A stretch of 64,000 bases of DNA, from the NCBI GenBank assembly GCA_964016885.1, contig OZ024742.1, forward strand, positions 189,286,001-189,350,000, read 5' to 3'. A model generated the notes under the pieces. That model made no database searches and was not told the DNA's origin. It was given only the letters and a program-made list of their open reading frames with translations. Of this stretch, positions 1 to 14,329 are shown one piece after another. How positions within the stretch are numbered: position 1 is the stretch's first letter; every line of letters begins with the position of its first letter. The stretch comes from Eledone cirrhosa. Its lineage: Eukaryota. Position numbers and translations under genes: made by a program.

Positions 1-636
1 CACGAAGGTCACTGATGTTATTTCAGCGACCTCCGGTCATGACCCTCACACTAAATGAGACAATAAGCTTGTAGTTGTGAAACTGTATTCAATGTTCAGA
101 ATGTACATATAATAGTGGCAGTGGTTTGGTAAAGATGTGGTGTATATAACTCCAGAATGGATTCCGTTTCTATACAATATTCTGCCCATCAACAATTATT
201 AAAACTGCAGTGTGCAGGAATTGTGCATTATCGGCTGATATTACGCAATCGGACTATAGTATTTCCTCAGCAGATTTTTCCCAACATGCCACACATGTCT
301 TAATGTGTGCATAATTGCGCGTATGGCTATGTTAGTGAACCTACCAGTCCTACACTATCGTGACAAATGACCTCTAAAATAGAGGAAGATCATTGTATGA
401 AAAAAACACGTCATGGTGGGTGAATTCAAAATGTAGAAACCCTCCAAATATATATATAAGCGATCGTGCAACCTGGGATCAATGCTATGCAATCCCACAT
501 TTATGCACGAAATCCCATTTTCCAGAATGTGGCCTAAAAGGAATTAGGATGCTTGCGTTCGTTCATCACGTATTTCATTTTTATTTTTTTTAGTGAAATT
601 TGCAATATATGTTTGTATATATATATATATGTATGT

Positions 637-1015
<379 letters not shown>

Positions 1016-1179
1016 CAAAGATATGTAAAGTTAAAATTTGTTTGTGTGAATTAATGTGCAAACAAATTAAACAAGGAAGATTGCTTACCAAAGTATTTTT
1101 CTGTATATGGTCTTGCAGGAGGTACGGTAACAGTCCAATTTGATAGTTCAATGTACAGTACCCAAGTGTAAGATCACGG

Positions 1180-1833
1180 AGTAATTATAAATTTAAAGGT
1201 ATAGTACTATGAAAAACAAACGACTAGGCATGAAGTTGAGGTTAGAGGATGAACATTTTCTTTAGAGTTCGTTCTTTAACATATGTTTCAGTACAACATC
1301 AGTCTACGAGCGCTGACTGAATATTATTATTATGTGGATTGGCAGTATCGGTAGAGAGTCGGACACCATGCTTTGAAGCATAGAGTTACGTCCCTTTATG
1401 ATCTGAGTTAAAATCCCGCCGAGGTTAACTTTGCCTTTTCATCCTTACGGGGTCAATAAAATAAAGTACCAGTAATGTACTGGGTAATTGCTGGCCTTGT
1501 GCCTAAAGTAGAAACAATTATTATGCTCAATCGTAAGCATTACATAAAATACTGCACTTCATCAGTTTCCTTTAAGTCCGAGTAGATAGTGGTAAGAAAA
1601 TACTTATTGCAAGATGCAGCGGCCTCACCTCGAACTATGAAATCTTTCTGATAAGTGCAGTATTTGATGTAATGCTAGCGATTGAGCATAATAATATGCA
1701 ATCAGCGCCATAGACTGATGTTATACTGAAACATGTTAAAGAACGGACTCTAAATACATTTTTCACCTCTAACCTCTACTTCATGCCTAGTCGTTTGTTT
1801 TTCCTAGCACTATACCTTTAAATTCATATTACT
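1180..1833. mobile_element. Foldback element (~200-bp diverged inverted arms, ~80-bp spacer) interrupted by a SINE
   Basis: 1180-1333 plus 1523-1565 is the inverted complement of ~1648-1833 (e.g. aaacaaacgactaggcatgaag / cttcatgcctagtcgtttgttt). A SINE sits in the left arm between attattatg repeats. Confidence 0.7.
1334..1522 (+). mobile_element. tRNA-derived SINE, Meta-domain-like family
   Basis: A-box-like tggcagtatcggtagag, B-box-like gagttaaaatccc, core ttgccttttcatccttacggggtcaataaaataaagtaccag, end ggccttgtgcctaaagtagaaac, flanking attattatg duplication. Confidence 0.85.
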
Positions 1834-2269
1834 AAATCAGTTTATAAAATTAATTCCTGGTTTCAGAAATTCAGAGAAATTATTCTAGTTTCTTTCAATG
1901 TTATTTCAACAAAATTAATCAAACTACACAAAAATAAAAAACGCAAAATATCTAGAAATATATTTCTTCAAGTTCTGTTTGTAAGAGGCTTTATCTCGGA
2001 AATGCTAGATTTCAGAATTTAACTGTCATGCGTGTATATGACATTCATACGTACATGAACAATTCGTGTATTGTCATAAATTGTTGTTTGAATAAACATA
2101 ACCAGATGAGTTTTTACATCTGCAAAAGGATAGTTTTAAGAAAAAAATGTGGTGGAAAGTTAAGATACGCTCCGAATACAACATGTTTTGAGTATTTCAA
2201 ACCTGACAGAACTCATTCCTTCCCACGTCTGAATAAACGGGATTTCTTCCAGAGAAAGAGGATAAAAGA

Positions 2270-2460
2270 GAGAGGCAAAGGGATGACGAGAGATAGGGGA
2301 GGAAACGACCCTAAAACGAGAGCGTTACTTGATTTGTCGACTTCCAAAGAACGGAATGCATAATTTGACTTCGTTGGGATTTAAGCTCAAAGCATAGTGA
2401 GCCGGAACAAATGAAAAAGCATTTGATCTGGCACTCTAACGACTCTGCCAAATTGCTGCC
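2270..2460 (-). mobile_element. Degraded SINE (Meta-like family)
   Basis: Diverged reverse-strand match to the SINE head and core (gactctgccaaattgctgcc; gggatttaagctca). Confidence 0.5.
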
Positions 2461-2974
2461 TTCAAAGGCACTTGTATTCCTCCAAAATTAGATGTATTGT
2501 TTTCCTAAAATCAATAGTTAACCATGCACAGCTAGATGAATAGCAAAATTTCGGTTATCATTCGTTAATTTCAACATCCGGGTCTCGTTATGGTTATTAA
2601 TATTGTGTGCAATATCCTATTTTTGTTTGTTTTATATTTTTGTAATAAGCCACAAAAATCATCCACAAATAATCAGACAAAAACAAAATTGTATTCATGC
2701 AAATGTAAAATTATTGCCCAAAATATACTTCTAGATATGAATCGTAATCTGTAAGAAGCTATTTATTTTCCAACTCAATACAGGAAATTATATATGCAAA
2801 TAACACAACCTACGTCATTATGACCAATGAGGAGTAAACACAATAAACTCTGCCTTGTTTTTGATGTTTAAACAACAATAGTTAGTGATGACATTGGTGG
2901 AATTCCCTATGTCTATTAACAGCTTTCTCTCCCCCACCTCTCGTTCTCTCTCTAACATACTCTTTCCCGCTCTC

Positions 2975-3052
<78 letters not shown>

Positions 3053-3890
3053 ATTCCCACCTCCTTCACTCCTTCACTGTGCCTTTAAACTGTTCCTGTA
3101 TTTCTATGTAAGAAGCGAGAGCAGAGCTGATCCAGTTGAACTTTCAACTTGCGATATTTATGACATTATTGTTATCAGATCCAAGAGAATTTTAAATTAG
3201 GAGTAGAACTGAATAACGATTTCTAGTTAAGGCACAAAGCCAGCAATTTTAGGGGAAGGGTAAAGTTATTAAATCAACCCCAGTACATATTTTATCGATC
3301 TCATTCTTGTCGAAGTGCTAGTTTAAGGGATATAAACACAGATTCAGGCACACGCATACACATACATGCGCACACACACTCACATATATATTGTTTCAAC
3401 TTTTTAGTTAAAGGCCAGCAGTTTGAAGGGGAGAGGGAAAGTCGATTAAATCGACCCCAGTTCATTACTGGTGCTATATTTTACCTGCACCATGTTTGCA
3501 AATGCAGTTTGGAAATATATCTCAAACCTTTTTGGGTTTTTGTTACAGTATTTTATTTCCGTAATTTCTTCGGTTATCTCGATTTTAGAAAAGTTAAGTC
3601 CATGTAGATAAAAACACGAGTTGCATCCCTAAATTCTGTTTTAATTCTGTTTAATGTGTTGAGTTTTAAATATGGGCACTAAAAAACATTAAAATAAAAT
3701 AATGCGCATAAACTTTTGGTTCGCATTTTTTAAACTTGCGTTAAACCTATGAAAACAGGCGAATGATCGTAAAGGTACGAGTAAAGTGACACGCTAATGT
3801 ATACCACATATGCAAATGCCGTATATTGCTTACCCCAATTTAGAGGGTAATAATTAGAAAAAAAGTGTCCGAGTACTTAATACCAAGTAA

Positions 3891-4623
3891 TCTATATATA
3901 TAAAACTGAGGTTGTCTGTCTGTCTATCGATTTTTGGCACACATCTCCTCTTAGAATCTCTCACGGAATTGCACCGAAATTGCTATACTTGTACATTGAG
4001 CCCTAGCGAAGACATCGGAAAAAAATATTTCAAATTGACCCGCCCTATCTGACGAAATCGAATATAATGTATCGATTTTTGAGCGTAAGTGATCAGTTAT
4101 TTCCCTTTGTTCTGTTTACATTCAGCGTAGCGTCTTACGTTCTCTTTACATTTACAAAAATTAAAAAAATGATTAGGCGTGCAGACAGACAGTCGTGCAG
4201 ACAGACAGTCGTGCAGAGAGGTGATATAGGCGTGCAGACAGACAGTCGTGCAGAGAGGTGATATAGGCGTGCAGACAGACAGTCGTGCAGAGAGGTGATA
4301 TAGGCGTGCAGACAGACATAACTGATAATTTGGTTACGCTAATGTTTTTCTCTGCGTTGCAGTGTTTACATTTTCGATCTTTGTTAATAAATAACCAGTG
4401 CAGTTTCTATCCCCAGCATCCTCTTTTGTTATAACATTCGGGTTATCGTTATGTTTTCTTAACTTCATAAGGCATATTCTTGGTTGAGGGAATATTAATC
4501 AAAAACACCACATGCAAGTCTGCACAGTAGACACTACAGTTTTTAAGCCAAGAAAGAAACTTAACATTGTAACTTTAACACAGCTACTGAGTGACCCCGA
4601 GCAACGCCGGGCTTTACTGCTAG
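3891..4623 (+). mobile_element. Non-autonomous Helitron
   Basis: Starts 5'-TCTATATATATAAAA after an A and ends with a GC hairpin (cccgagcaacgccggg) plus CTAG before a T. No TSD. Internal ~37-bp tandem repeat at 4175-4318. Confidence 0.8.
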
Positions 4624-4664
4624 TATTTACTACAATGATACATAGCATTATTTCAGCCTGAAAA

Positions 4665-4882
4665 AGGTTGGTAAATTGGCAGTGATGGTAAAGCGTCGGA
4701 CACCATGCTTTGCGGCAGAGAATTACCGCTCTACGCTCTGAGTTCAAATCCCGCCGAGGTTATCTTTGCCTTTAATCCCTCCGGAGTCCATAAAATAAAG
4801 TACCAGCAACACACTGAGGTCGATTTAATCGACTTTCCCCTCCCCAAAATTGTTGGCCTCATCCTAAATCAGAAACTATTAT
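4665..4882 (+). mobile_element. tRNA-derived SINE (Meta-like family)
   Basis: Head ttggcagtgatggtaaagcgtcgg, B box gagttcaaatccc, core ttgcctttaatccctccggagtccataaaataaagtaccag. Confidence 0.85.
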
Positions 4883-5865
4883 TTCAGCCTGAAATCCTTA
4901 CTTTTGACGAATTCATCACAAACCATGATATTTGTAATTTTGGTTACGATAAATAAGGTTAGATTTGATTTATGGTAGGTTAGAACGTACGATAAATCTA
5001 GTGCTCATGTGCAGAACACTTTATTTTAGCTTGAAACCTTCACCCCCAAACATATAACTACCCTTACTAACCTTCAGTAAAGGCAAAATTGTTTTTTAGA
5101 GACATTTTATAAAAACTATAATGCGGCTTATAAGCTGCGGAATATGGTACATACCTACGACCTATACATAAATCACATATATTTAGCTCTGATTACTAAA
5201 ATACTTAATGAAATGCTTAATGAAATGAGATGGTCTATTCCAACATTAGTGGTCTATACTTCGTATCTAGCCTTAACCTAATACCAACGTTGTTCGGGCC
5301 TACATTTTACATCTGGACTGGGCCTATTACCAATAATAATGTTTTACATCTGGCGTCTGTCTATTACAAGCTTTTGATGTCCACATTTTACATGCGGCAT
5401 AGACCTATTACCAGCTTTGTGTGGCGTATATTTTAAATCTGGCTTGTGCCTAAATCTGGCTTGTGCCTATTGCTATTTTTTGGTGTAGCCTTGTGACAAA
5501 ACAGCCTCCCGTTTCATTGCTTTATATTACTGGAAATATACCATCAAGCTGATCACATTAAACATCGTCAGTAGTTCGATGTGGTCCCTGAGCCTGTGAC
5601 ATGGTGACACACCATACACCAGTCTGTTTCTTTTTCTTTTCCTTCAAAAATACTTGCAGGGTTAATGTTGAAAATATAAAGAAGAAGAAACGTGGCACAT
5701 CAACTCCAGGCCGAGAACAAAATATCACTGGTGGCTGGGTCGTCTATCCTACATTGGTCTCATCAGCACCCAGTATGCCTGTAATATATGTGAACATTCT
5801 CCTTAATAAATGTTCGTTAATGAAGTTAAATCATGATGATGGTTATTTTTATTGAGTATTACTAA

Positions 5866-6095
5866 GGGCGGTGGATTGGTAGAATCGGTAGAGCGTCAGA
5901 CAAAATGCTTGGCAGTATTTAGTTATGGCCTTATGACGCTTTAAGTTCTGAGTTCAAATCCCACTGAGGTTAGCTTTGCATTTCACCCTTCCGGGGTCGA
6001 TAAATTAAGGTACCAGTAACGCACGGGAGTCGATTTAGTCGACTTTCCTCTCCCCAATAATTGCTGGCCTTGTGCCAAATGTAGAAACAATTATT
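5866..6095 (+). mobile_element. tRNA-derived SINE (Meta-like family)
   Basis: Full head, B box gagttcaaatccc, core ccttccggggtcgataaattaaggtaccag, end ggccttgtgccaaatgtagaaac. Confidence 0.85.
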
Positions 6096-6278
6096 TAGTG
6101 CCACTTCTAATTATGTAATTATATCCAATGAACAAGAGCAGACGCTCTACTTAATTACTGTTAAGCTATAATAGAAACTATTGCTTTATCGTTGATTCTT
6201 CTCCTATCTCTCTTTCAAGTAACAAATATATTTTAGTCACTTCGACAAAATATTCAGCTCTATTATACACTCATGTAT

Positions 6279-6692
6279 AATTGTTTCTACTTTACCCACA
6301 AGGCCAGCAATTACCCAGTGCATTACTGGTACTTTATTTTATCGAACCCGTAAGGATGAAAGGCAAAGTCAACCTCGGTGGGATTTGAACTCAGATCGTA
6401 AAGGGACGTAACAATGCTGGAAAGCATGGCGTCCGACCCTCTACCGATACTGTCAATCCACCGTGTATGTGAGAGTGTATGTGTGTGAGAGGGTGTATGT
6501 GTGAGTTTGTGTCTGTGTGTCGGGGTATTTGTGTGTTTATGTCTGTGTGTGAATTGTCGCAGCCATAAGTAAATAAATGCAGAGTACACCGGCGATAACT
6601 TGTACATATACAGGGTGTCTCAAAAAATGTATACACAATTTTATTAGAATGCTCTTGAAGTGTGTATACAAGTTTAAAAGATATATATTGAG
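6279..6692 (-). repeat. 414-bp block (SINE 6279-6462 plus its upstream flank) duplicated at 19903-20316
   Basis: Near-identical sequence 13,624 bp downstream. It includes a Tc1/mariner-like terminus ta-cagggtgtctcaaaaaa. Confidence 0.9.
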
Positions 6693-6780
6693 AGAGGAGA
6701 AAAACATATATCGTTTGAGAAACACGATCGTTACATCGTTAATTATTTCATATGCATTGATACCTTTACATAGTATATAC

Positions 6781-6834
<54 letters not shown>

Positions 6835-6847
6835 ATATGTGTGTGTA

Positions 6848-7441
6848 TGGTGCTACTGGTAACATGTATCCCAGTACAACCTGTCCCATGGTCGGGTCGT
6901 TGGCGACTAAACTGGCAACCCCACCAAGGTTTCTTGGTGAGGAGGGTGACTTTGGACATCCTGCAGGACTAAAAGCAAAACCTGTCAAAGGGCAAAGGAG
7001 CTCTTAAGAGTCAATGGCCATCCAAAATCTCCGGGAGAGATGACCCCTTAGCCTTTGTCAAGGCGGAATTCTAGGAGAAGGAAAACTCTGATATTACACC
7101 TGCAACCCTGATGGTATCCAATGATGTTGACTTGTTCTTCTTTTTGGTAAATATCATCTTGGTTAAGAGAGTGGGACTGGCTTTGTGCAGTGCCTTTGCT
7201 CACTATAAAAGCTTCACGGCACAGGCTTTGCTTTATATCTGGAGATCTCTCTGCACTTGTCGTCACATGGTACCATGGGCCCAGCACTATGTGTCAATAA
7301 TTGTCACAAGTGTAGTGTTTGTACCAGAGTTTTCAAGTCGCTGGCTGGACTAAAAAGTCACACTCGTTCAGCGCATCGGTAGGCGTTCTCCTACATGGAT
7401 ATAAAGTAGAGGCCGTACTCGAAAACGAGTTGGCAACCACC
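6848..7441 (+). mobile_element. Bipartite non-autonomous RTE-derived element (5'UTR-like part + ORF C-terminal C2H2 finger + 3' end)
   Basis: The 3' part encodes HKCSVCTRVFKSLAGLKSHTRSAHR*, a C2H2 finger typical of the C-terminus of some RTE ORFs. It ends ctcgaaaacgagttggcaaccacc and runs into a microsatellite. Truncated copies at 42012-42200 and 42251-42700. Confidence 0.7.
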
Positions 7442-7449
7442 ATATATAT

Positions 7450-8026
7450 ATAAAGGAAATGAATACAAAGAGTTTAAAACCGTTAAAACATGTTTATATA
7501 AGTGTGCACCTACGTACGTTTCGCCCTGAGCGGATTTATCAAGGGCATGACAGAAAAATAATGTTCAATATAGGACTCAGGAGGGAATTTACGGTTAAAT
7601 TAACATCATCATTCATTTTCCTCTCTGTGCATGTGTTTTTATTATCGTGTTTTTATTATGTGTTTTTATTATTTTTGATAATAAAAACACATGCACAGAG
7701 AGGAAAATGAATGATGATGTTAATTTAACCGTAAATTCCCTCCTGGGTCCTATATTGAACATTATTTTGCTTTCCATGGCCTTGATAAGCCCGCTCAAAA
7801 CGTACGTAGGTGCACAATTATATAAACATGTTTTAACGGTTTTAAACTCTTTGTATTCATTTCCTTTATAATCGCTCTGCTTATTTTTTCTCGCCCACTA
7901 AATATTGACGCTTCTAATATTTAACCCTGTAGGCACGAGTATTGAGCACACATGCATAAACTATTGGCAACTAAATATATGTATCGACCATCTTTCCATT
8001 CTCTTCTCTCTCTCTCGATACTTAAT

Positions 8027-8031
<5 letters not shown>
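7450..8031 (+). mobile_element. PLE-like hairpin element (arms ~7450-7647 / 7677-7869, tail to ~8031)
   Basis: ~195-bp inverted arms in a TA context. Degenerate hammerhead TTGATAA..GAAAC-gtac-GTA on the minus strand at ~7505-7549. Tail contains tattgagcac. Confidence 0.75.
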
Positions 8032-8089
<58 letters not shown>

Positions 8090-8493
8090 TACATATATAT
8101 GCATTAATATACATGAATACATATATATGCATATATATATATATGTGTGTGGGGGGCTGTGACGGTGCATGGCTCATTGTGTATACTGTTCAACACACGA
8201 TCGTATGCTTTTGAGTTCGATTTATGCAGGGCAATATATTTCACATTGAACCATTCCACTCACTTGGCAAAAGTGCGTTGTACTTGTAGTTACAACGACC
8301 AGTCATGTCACAGACTGTGTCACGGCGAAATTCTATAAACCTAGCGTTAATGGTGAACGTCGCAATGAAACTCTCTGTTATTTATAAGTTCATTTCACAA
8401 GTACGTTGTTCCACTGTTCAAACAACTGGAAAAACACGTCTTTAGAACCGACGGAGAAGCACTACACACACGCACACACACACACATACACTC

Positions 8494-8538
<45 letters not shown>

Positions 8539-8540
<2 letters not shown>

Positions 8541-8773
8541 ATAAAAGAGAAAACACAGGTAAACATTAAAAAAGGATTTTGTCGTAAATACCTGGATAAA
8601 ATCCTTTTTTTAATGCTTACCTGTGTTTTCTGTTTTATCCTTTACACTCCAACATTGAACGTGATTCTTACAAACTTGTGGAGTTACCCCTAACTGTACG
8701 TTGAAACCGTCCTTGAAACTGGCTGTCTTAACCACGAACTGGATTACAATAAGCAATTTTCTGCTTCCCTAAC
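8539..8773 (+). mobile_element. PLE-like hairpin element (arms 8539-8580 / 8599-8640, tail to 8773)
   Basis: Inverted arms followed by an unpaired tail, with (TA)n on both sides. The tail end resembles 14075-14127. Confidence 0.65.
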
Positions 8774-8862
8774 TATATATATATATAGTTATATGTCTCT
8801 CGCTATATGTCTCTCCACCACTCCCCTACACACCTTTTGAACTCTGTTCCCACACACTTCTC

Positions 8863-8895
8863 ACCCGAAGAAGGGCTTATGCCCGAAACGTCGTC
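8863..8895 (+). ncRNA. Minimal type I hammerhead-like motif with CCGAAGA core
   Basis: ac-CCGAAGA-a-gggc-ttat-gccc-GAAAC-GTC-gt, inside a TA-flanked insert (8789-8982). Stem I is eroded. Confidence 0.55.
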
Positions 8896-8980
8896 CCCCA
8901 CCTACCCCCCACTCTCCTGAGCGTGAATTTAATAAACATTTATCGTACTGCCTCTATGTTCTGTCCCTGTTCAATTTTTC

Positions 8981-9024
<44 letters not shown>

Positions 9025-9196
9025 CAATACATTTTTGCCAAAGTTTTCATATAGAAATTAATTATTTATAAGCAAAATGAATATGAATGAACCTATAAAT
9101 TTGAAGAATATCATATATAAACATAAATAAAGAATTGTTTACATATATTTATTTCTTCACATGCACCCACCACCATATATATTTATTTATATACGG

Positions 9197-9286
<90 letters not shown>

Positions 9287-9451
9287 TATATATAGATAGA
9301 TATATATACACGTAAATATACATGTATACATGCCCACCCGCAATGAAAGATAAATTAGAGTGAGAGAGAGAGACGGAACGAAGACGAGTGCCATGGTAAC
9401 ATATAATTTGGAAACATTGGAAGATAGAAAGGGATAGATAGAGAGAGAGAA

Positions 9452-9530
<79 letters not shown>

Positions 9531-9889
9531 AGGTTAACGCAGTGGAATAGTAGATTCCGTGATTCTATAGAAACCAACGAAGCAACAAACAGAAAATAAT
9601 AAGCTTCCTCTTCAAGTGAAATGCTAGTAGTAGTATTAGCAGAATTGCTGAGAATGGTCGCTACTATATGAGACTAGTGGAATTAGTACAGAACTGTGCT
9701 AGAATTCAAACCGACAATGTGATGTGATGTTAGGTAACTTAACAGGTCGTTGCTATAGCAACTTTTCAAAATCGTTTCATCGTATATATATATATATGTA
9801 TATATATATATACAGGCATACATACATAAATACATACATATAGGCATACATTTTTATATATACACACGCACGCACACACACGCATACAT

Positions 9890-9967
<78 letters not shown>

Positions 9968-10032
9968 GTACACATATATATGTATATATATTATATATAT
10001 ATACATATATATACACACATATATATATATAC

Positions 10033-10065
<33 letters not shown>

Positions 10066-10139
10066 CATATTATATACATGTATATATTATATATACATAT
10101 ACATATATATATATATATATGTATATATTATATATATTC

Positions 10140-10202
<63 letters not shown>

Positions 10203-10204
10203 TG

Positions 10205-10320
<116 letters not shown>

Positions 10321-10362
10321 CGAAACATAAGTCAATTGCAGGAACTCATAATCCTTTATTTT

Positions 10363-10418
10363 ACTGCTATATATATTTCGATGATAGCCATTGAATGGCT
10401 ATGACCTCATCAGGCAGT
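10363..10418 (-). ncRNA. Type I hammerhead ribozyme
   Basis: Minus strand: actgc-CTGATGA-ggtcatagcca-ttcaa-tggctatcatc-GAAA-tatata-TA-gcagt. Perfect 5-bp stem I, ~10-bp stem II, AUA triplet. Lies in a TA-flanked insert (10317-10481). Confidence 0.85.
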
Positions 10419-10481
10419 TAGTCAGTTCTTAGATATGCCAGCTCTGTGTTTATAGTGTTGATGCTATCAGAGCCTTGGGAC

Positions 10482-10553
<72 letters not shown>

Positions 10554-10584
10554 ATATATATGTATACATATACATATATATATG

Positions 10585-10622
<38 letters not shown>

Positions 10623-10672
10623 ACAATTTTGTTTACAAATATTTTGTTTAAATTATGCCTTTCTCTAGAAAT

Positions 10673-11015
10673 CCTGGGGATTAAATGGAGTGACCATGTA
10701 ACAAACCAGGAAGTCAGGAACCGCACCAACCAGCAGCTGGTCTCTTCTGCCATCTGCAAGCGACGCCCGGGCTGGTTTGGACACGCTTTGAGACTTTTCC
10801 CCCGGAGAGACTGGCGAACCAAGTACTTAAATGGAACCCACAGGGAAGCAGACGGAGAGGGCGACCCAAAATGAACTGGCGCCAGACAGTTGAGAGGGAC
10901 CTGCGAGCGACAAACAGACAATGGCGGCACACTGTGCAACTGGCTGCTGACCGAACGCGGTGGAAGACTATGATTGCCTCATGCGTCGCAAGACGCGGGA
11001 GCTTCTGAGACTGAG
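10673..11015 (+). mobile_element. 5'-truncated RTE-clade LINE 3' end with 13-bp TSD
   Basis: Frameshifted peptide [30 protein letters not shown] / [30 protein letters not shown], an RTE ORF C-terminus. Tail is ctgaga-ctgag. TSD tttctctagaaat at 10660-10672 and 11016-11028. Confidence 0.92.
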
Positions 11016-11574
11016 TTTCTCTAGAAATGGAAGATTTGAAACCCTCGACTAGTGTTACAGTGATAGAGGTTTCGTTTCACATTCCAAATACATCAAATAG
11101 ATGAAAAAGCTGGTAACACAAAAATCCGTTGCTCTTTTAATCCCATATTCCTTTTAGTTGAGAAAAGTTTGAATGAAAGGTATTCCAGCTATGACCATCC
11201 CCGTTTAGTTTCATTAATATTTTGCCCCGGATTACATACACCAGTACTCTATTTCTTTTGTAATGAAGGTAAGGTGTTGTTTCAAGGGTATTTGATTGCT
11301 CTTTCTAGCAGGTTTAACATAATTGTTAAGTAGGACCATACCATTAAGAAGAAGGACCATAAGCGTATAAAGACGTATAAAGAAAATTCATTGTATAAAG
11401 GGCATATATTTCTATAGGAAGAACAATATACCTAGTGTACATATCTCTAGACCCACTCTGCATCTCCCCATGCATTGAGTACTCCCATGGTTAGTTGTCT
11501 CCTCAGTCTCAATACCGCATACTCTATACACACACATACATATCTATCTATCTATCCATCCATCCATCCATCCA

Positions 11575-11648
<74 letters not shown>

Positions 11649-11721
11649 GTTCAAGAATAAATAAAACAACCATAGAGATGAAAAACACAAAGTCTTATTA
11701 GGTTCACGCTCGGTATGAGGG

Positions 11722-11757
11722 TTTCAACGTATCGGACATAAGTCTTTCTTCGGGAAA
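11722..11757 (-). ncRNA. Minimal hammerhead-like motif with CCGAAGA core (degenerate)
   Basis: Minus strand: tttc-CCGAAGA-a-agac-ttat-gtcc-GATAC-GTT-gaaa. The downstream gagcgtgaa..taataa is shared with the 8.9-kb insert. Confidence 0.5.
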
Positions 11758-11948
11758 TAAAAAAGTTCGGTGAGAGAGAGAAGGTTGGAAAAAACATCTA
11801 AGATAGGTGGGAATGATATGCGAGTTTTCCAAGAAGAGCAGAAGGGATCCACTGTTAAATATGGTACGCAATACATTAGTATAAAAGATACACTTGTATT
11901 TTATATATAAATGCTCCATAATGAAACTAGTCTAGTGCTGTAGAAATC

Positions 11949-12209
<261 letters not shown>

Positions 12210-12520
12210 CGTGTGTATTCAAGAGCAAAGGATGTCGAGGAGGGCTGTCACCATCGGGTGCTGGTTTGAATCTTCTGGTCTGTCACACCTGTTAGTTGTA
12301 ATGGGAGTGACACCAAACATATATTTGCCCCCGAAGTCACTGAGACCACCTCTTGCTACACCACAGAATACATACATTTTCAAACATGATTTCATAAGTG
12401 CTATGCTAATATGGAAACCAATTTGCTTTCTCCAGCAAGTTGCTGAAATATATGACCTGTTTTCATTTCTACTGTTGTGGTTTTAGAGCAGTGTTACATG
12501 ATATAAATATCTCGATTTAA

Positions 12521-12725
12521 CCCTTTCATCACCATATTTCTAATGAAACACACTGTCTATTTTTATCAAATGTTTTCGAATGGAATACAGAATTTTAAAT
12601 ATTTAGTGATACAACTAACTTTCGCTTTATGGTTGATGGTTTTTAGATAAATATAAACACTTTGAAATAAACAAGTTTGTATCATAAAACCAGGTGTTTT
12701 CTCGGGCGGATTTATTTCAAAAGTG
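12521..12725. mobile_element. Possible piggyBac-type MITE
   Basis: TTAA-ccctttc ... aaaagtg-TTAA. The termini are degenerate. Confidence 0.4.
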
Positions 12726-13124
12726 TTAAATATGTTACGGAATAATGCAACTTTTGAGTTGGGTTACGATGACACTGGTGCCAATCTGTGTAGTCCATTG
12801 CCATTCACTTGGACATCAGGCTTGACATGGTTTAATGAAGTGAGACAAGTATGCACCAAACCCCTTGTCAAAGCTCGCTACTTCGAGTAGTGTTCTCCCG
12901 GCGGCCTGGAGGCAATCCATAATGCTGCAAATGACGGCTTGATCTGGCTCACCTGTCTCGACCTGCCTCTCTAACTATTGTGCATGTGTCATACGACAAG
13001 AAGAAGTGCATATTAAAGGAGGCCTAGTGTCCGAAACGTTAACACATTTTTCCTACTATATTAAGGGCAAAACTTTTATATTTCTTCACTTTACTATATT
13101 GTTTGCTCTGTAGCTTTCTGTTTA

Positions 13125-13160
<36 letters not shown>

Positions 13161-13328
13161 CAATATGTTGAAAGGGTAACACTCCAGAGAGAGATATACA
13201 ATGCGCTATCAATAAAACAGGGAAAAAAACACCAGTGTATGGAATCTATAACCTATGAAAGGCAGACTATAGACATGATAATTAAAAATATAAATTAAAG
13301 CGTAATTAAATACCTCTATAACTATATA

Positions 13329-13408
13329 ACACACGTACAAATCCAAAGAGATGTTTCGCCAGTAATTTGTTGACAGAAATGGAATAACCTCGGTTCATCA
13401 GCGTGTGT
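13329..13408 (-). ncRNA. Type I hammerhead ribozyme with enlarged domain II
   Basis: Minus strand: acacacg-CTGATGA-(37 nt)-GAAAC-atctctttggattt-GTA-cgtgtgt. Perfect 7-bp stem I. Lies in a TA-flanked insert (~13156-13550). Confidence 0.8.
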
Positions 13409-13618
13409 AAGGCTATACATTTCAGACAAAAACTAAGAGAATTTTAAAAGTGACTGTCCAGCTACACGTGGGAGAGAGAAGTCACAGCGTGTTTAAGGGC
13501 AGTGAACCAGTGGCCTCTGAGGGACGAGCTGCTAGAAAGGTCAGCCCATCATATATATATATATATATAAATGAAAGGTATACATATATATATATATATA
13601 CATCCATATGTATATATA

Positions 13619-13689
<71 letters not shown>

Positions 13690-14124
13690 ATAATTGGTGT
13701 TGGGTGCTTAAAGCGTCCGGATGCGGTAGGCCGTATTAGCACTCGATGCTCTCATAGAGCAGAGTATGATATCACAGAAAAAATGCCTAATCAAATCATC
13801 GGATTATTCCGTTGGTTTGAATAGGCATACATGTAATTAAAATTGAGTGACACAACTTCAAGTGATTACCAATTTTTAGACATCCTAATCAATGAAACAA
13901 TTGTTAATACTGTAAATAAAACCCTTTTTGTACTGTTGACCATGTTATTCTTCACTCTTTCACTATTATTACTCCAAGATAAACCTGCATAGAAATTCCC
14001 GAGAACTCGCCACCTAACTAAGGAAACCTCTTGTTGAGTCAAACAACGCTGTACGTTAAAACTATCCACAATACGGAGTACTCACAACCTATAACTGGAT
14101 TACCTATAACGATAATTTGTTATC

Positions 14125-14217
<93 letters not shown>

Positions 14218-14329
14218 ATATATTTAAATATACATATATATATATATATATATAAATATGCACACACATATATATATATATGCATTTTTTCTCTCTCATG
14301 ACCCCACCCAAGATTAAGATAAAGCTAAA

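Noticed and set aside
1-560. Unique sequence as possible coding exon
   Set aside because: The plus-strand frames I read contain stops, the ORF track shows no long minus-strand ORF, and no motif is recognisable.
1713-1740. Hammerhead-like ctgatgttatactgaaacatgtt in the foldback element
   Set aside because: A9 is missing, there is no stem II and stem I is not convincing.
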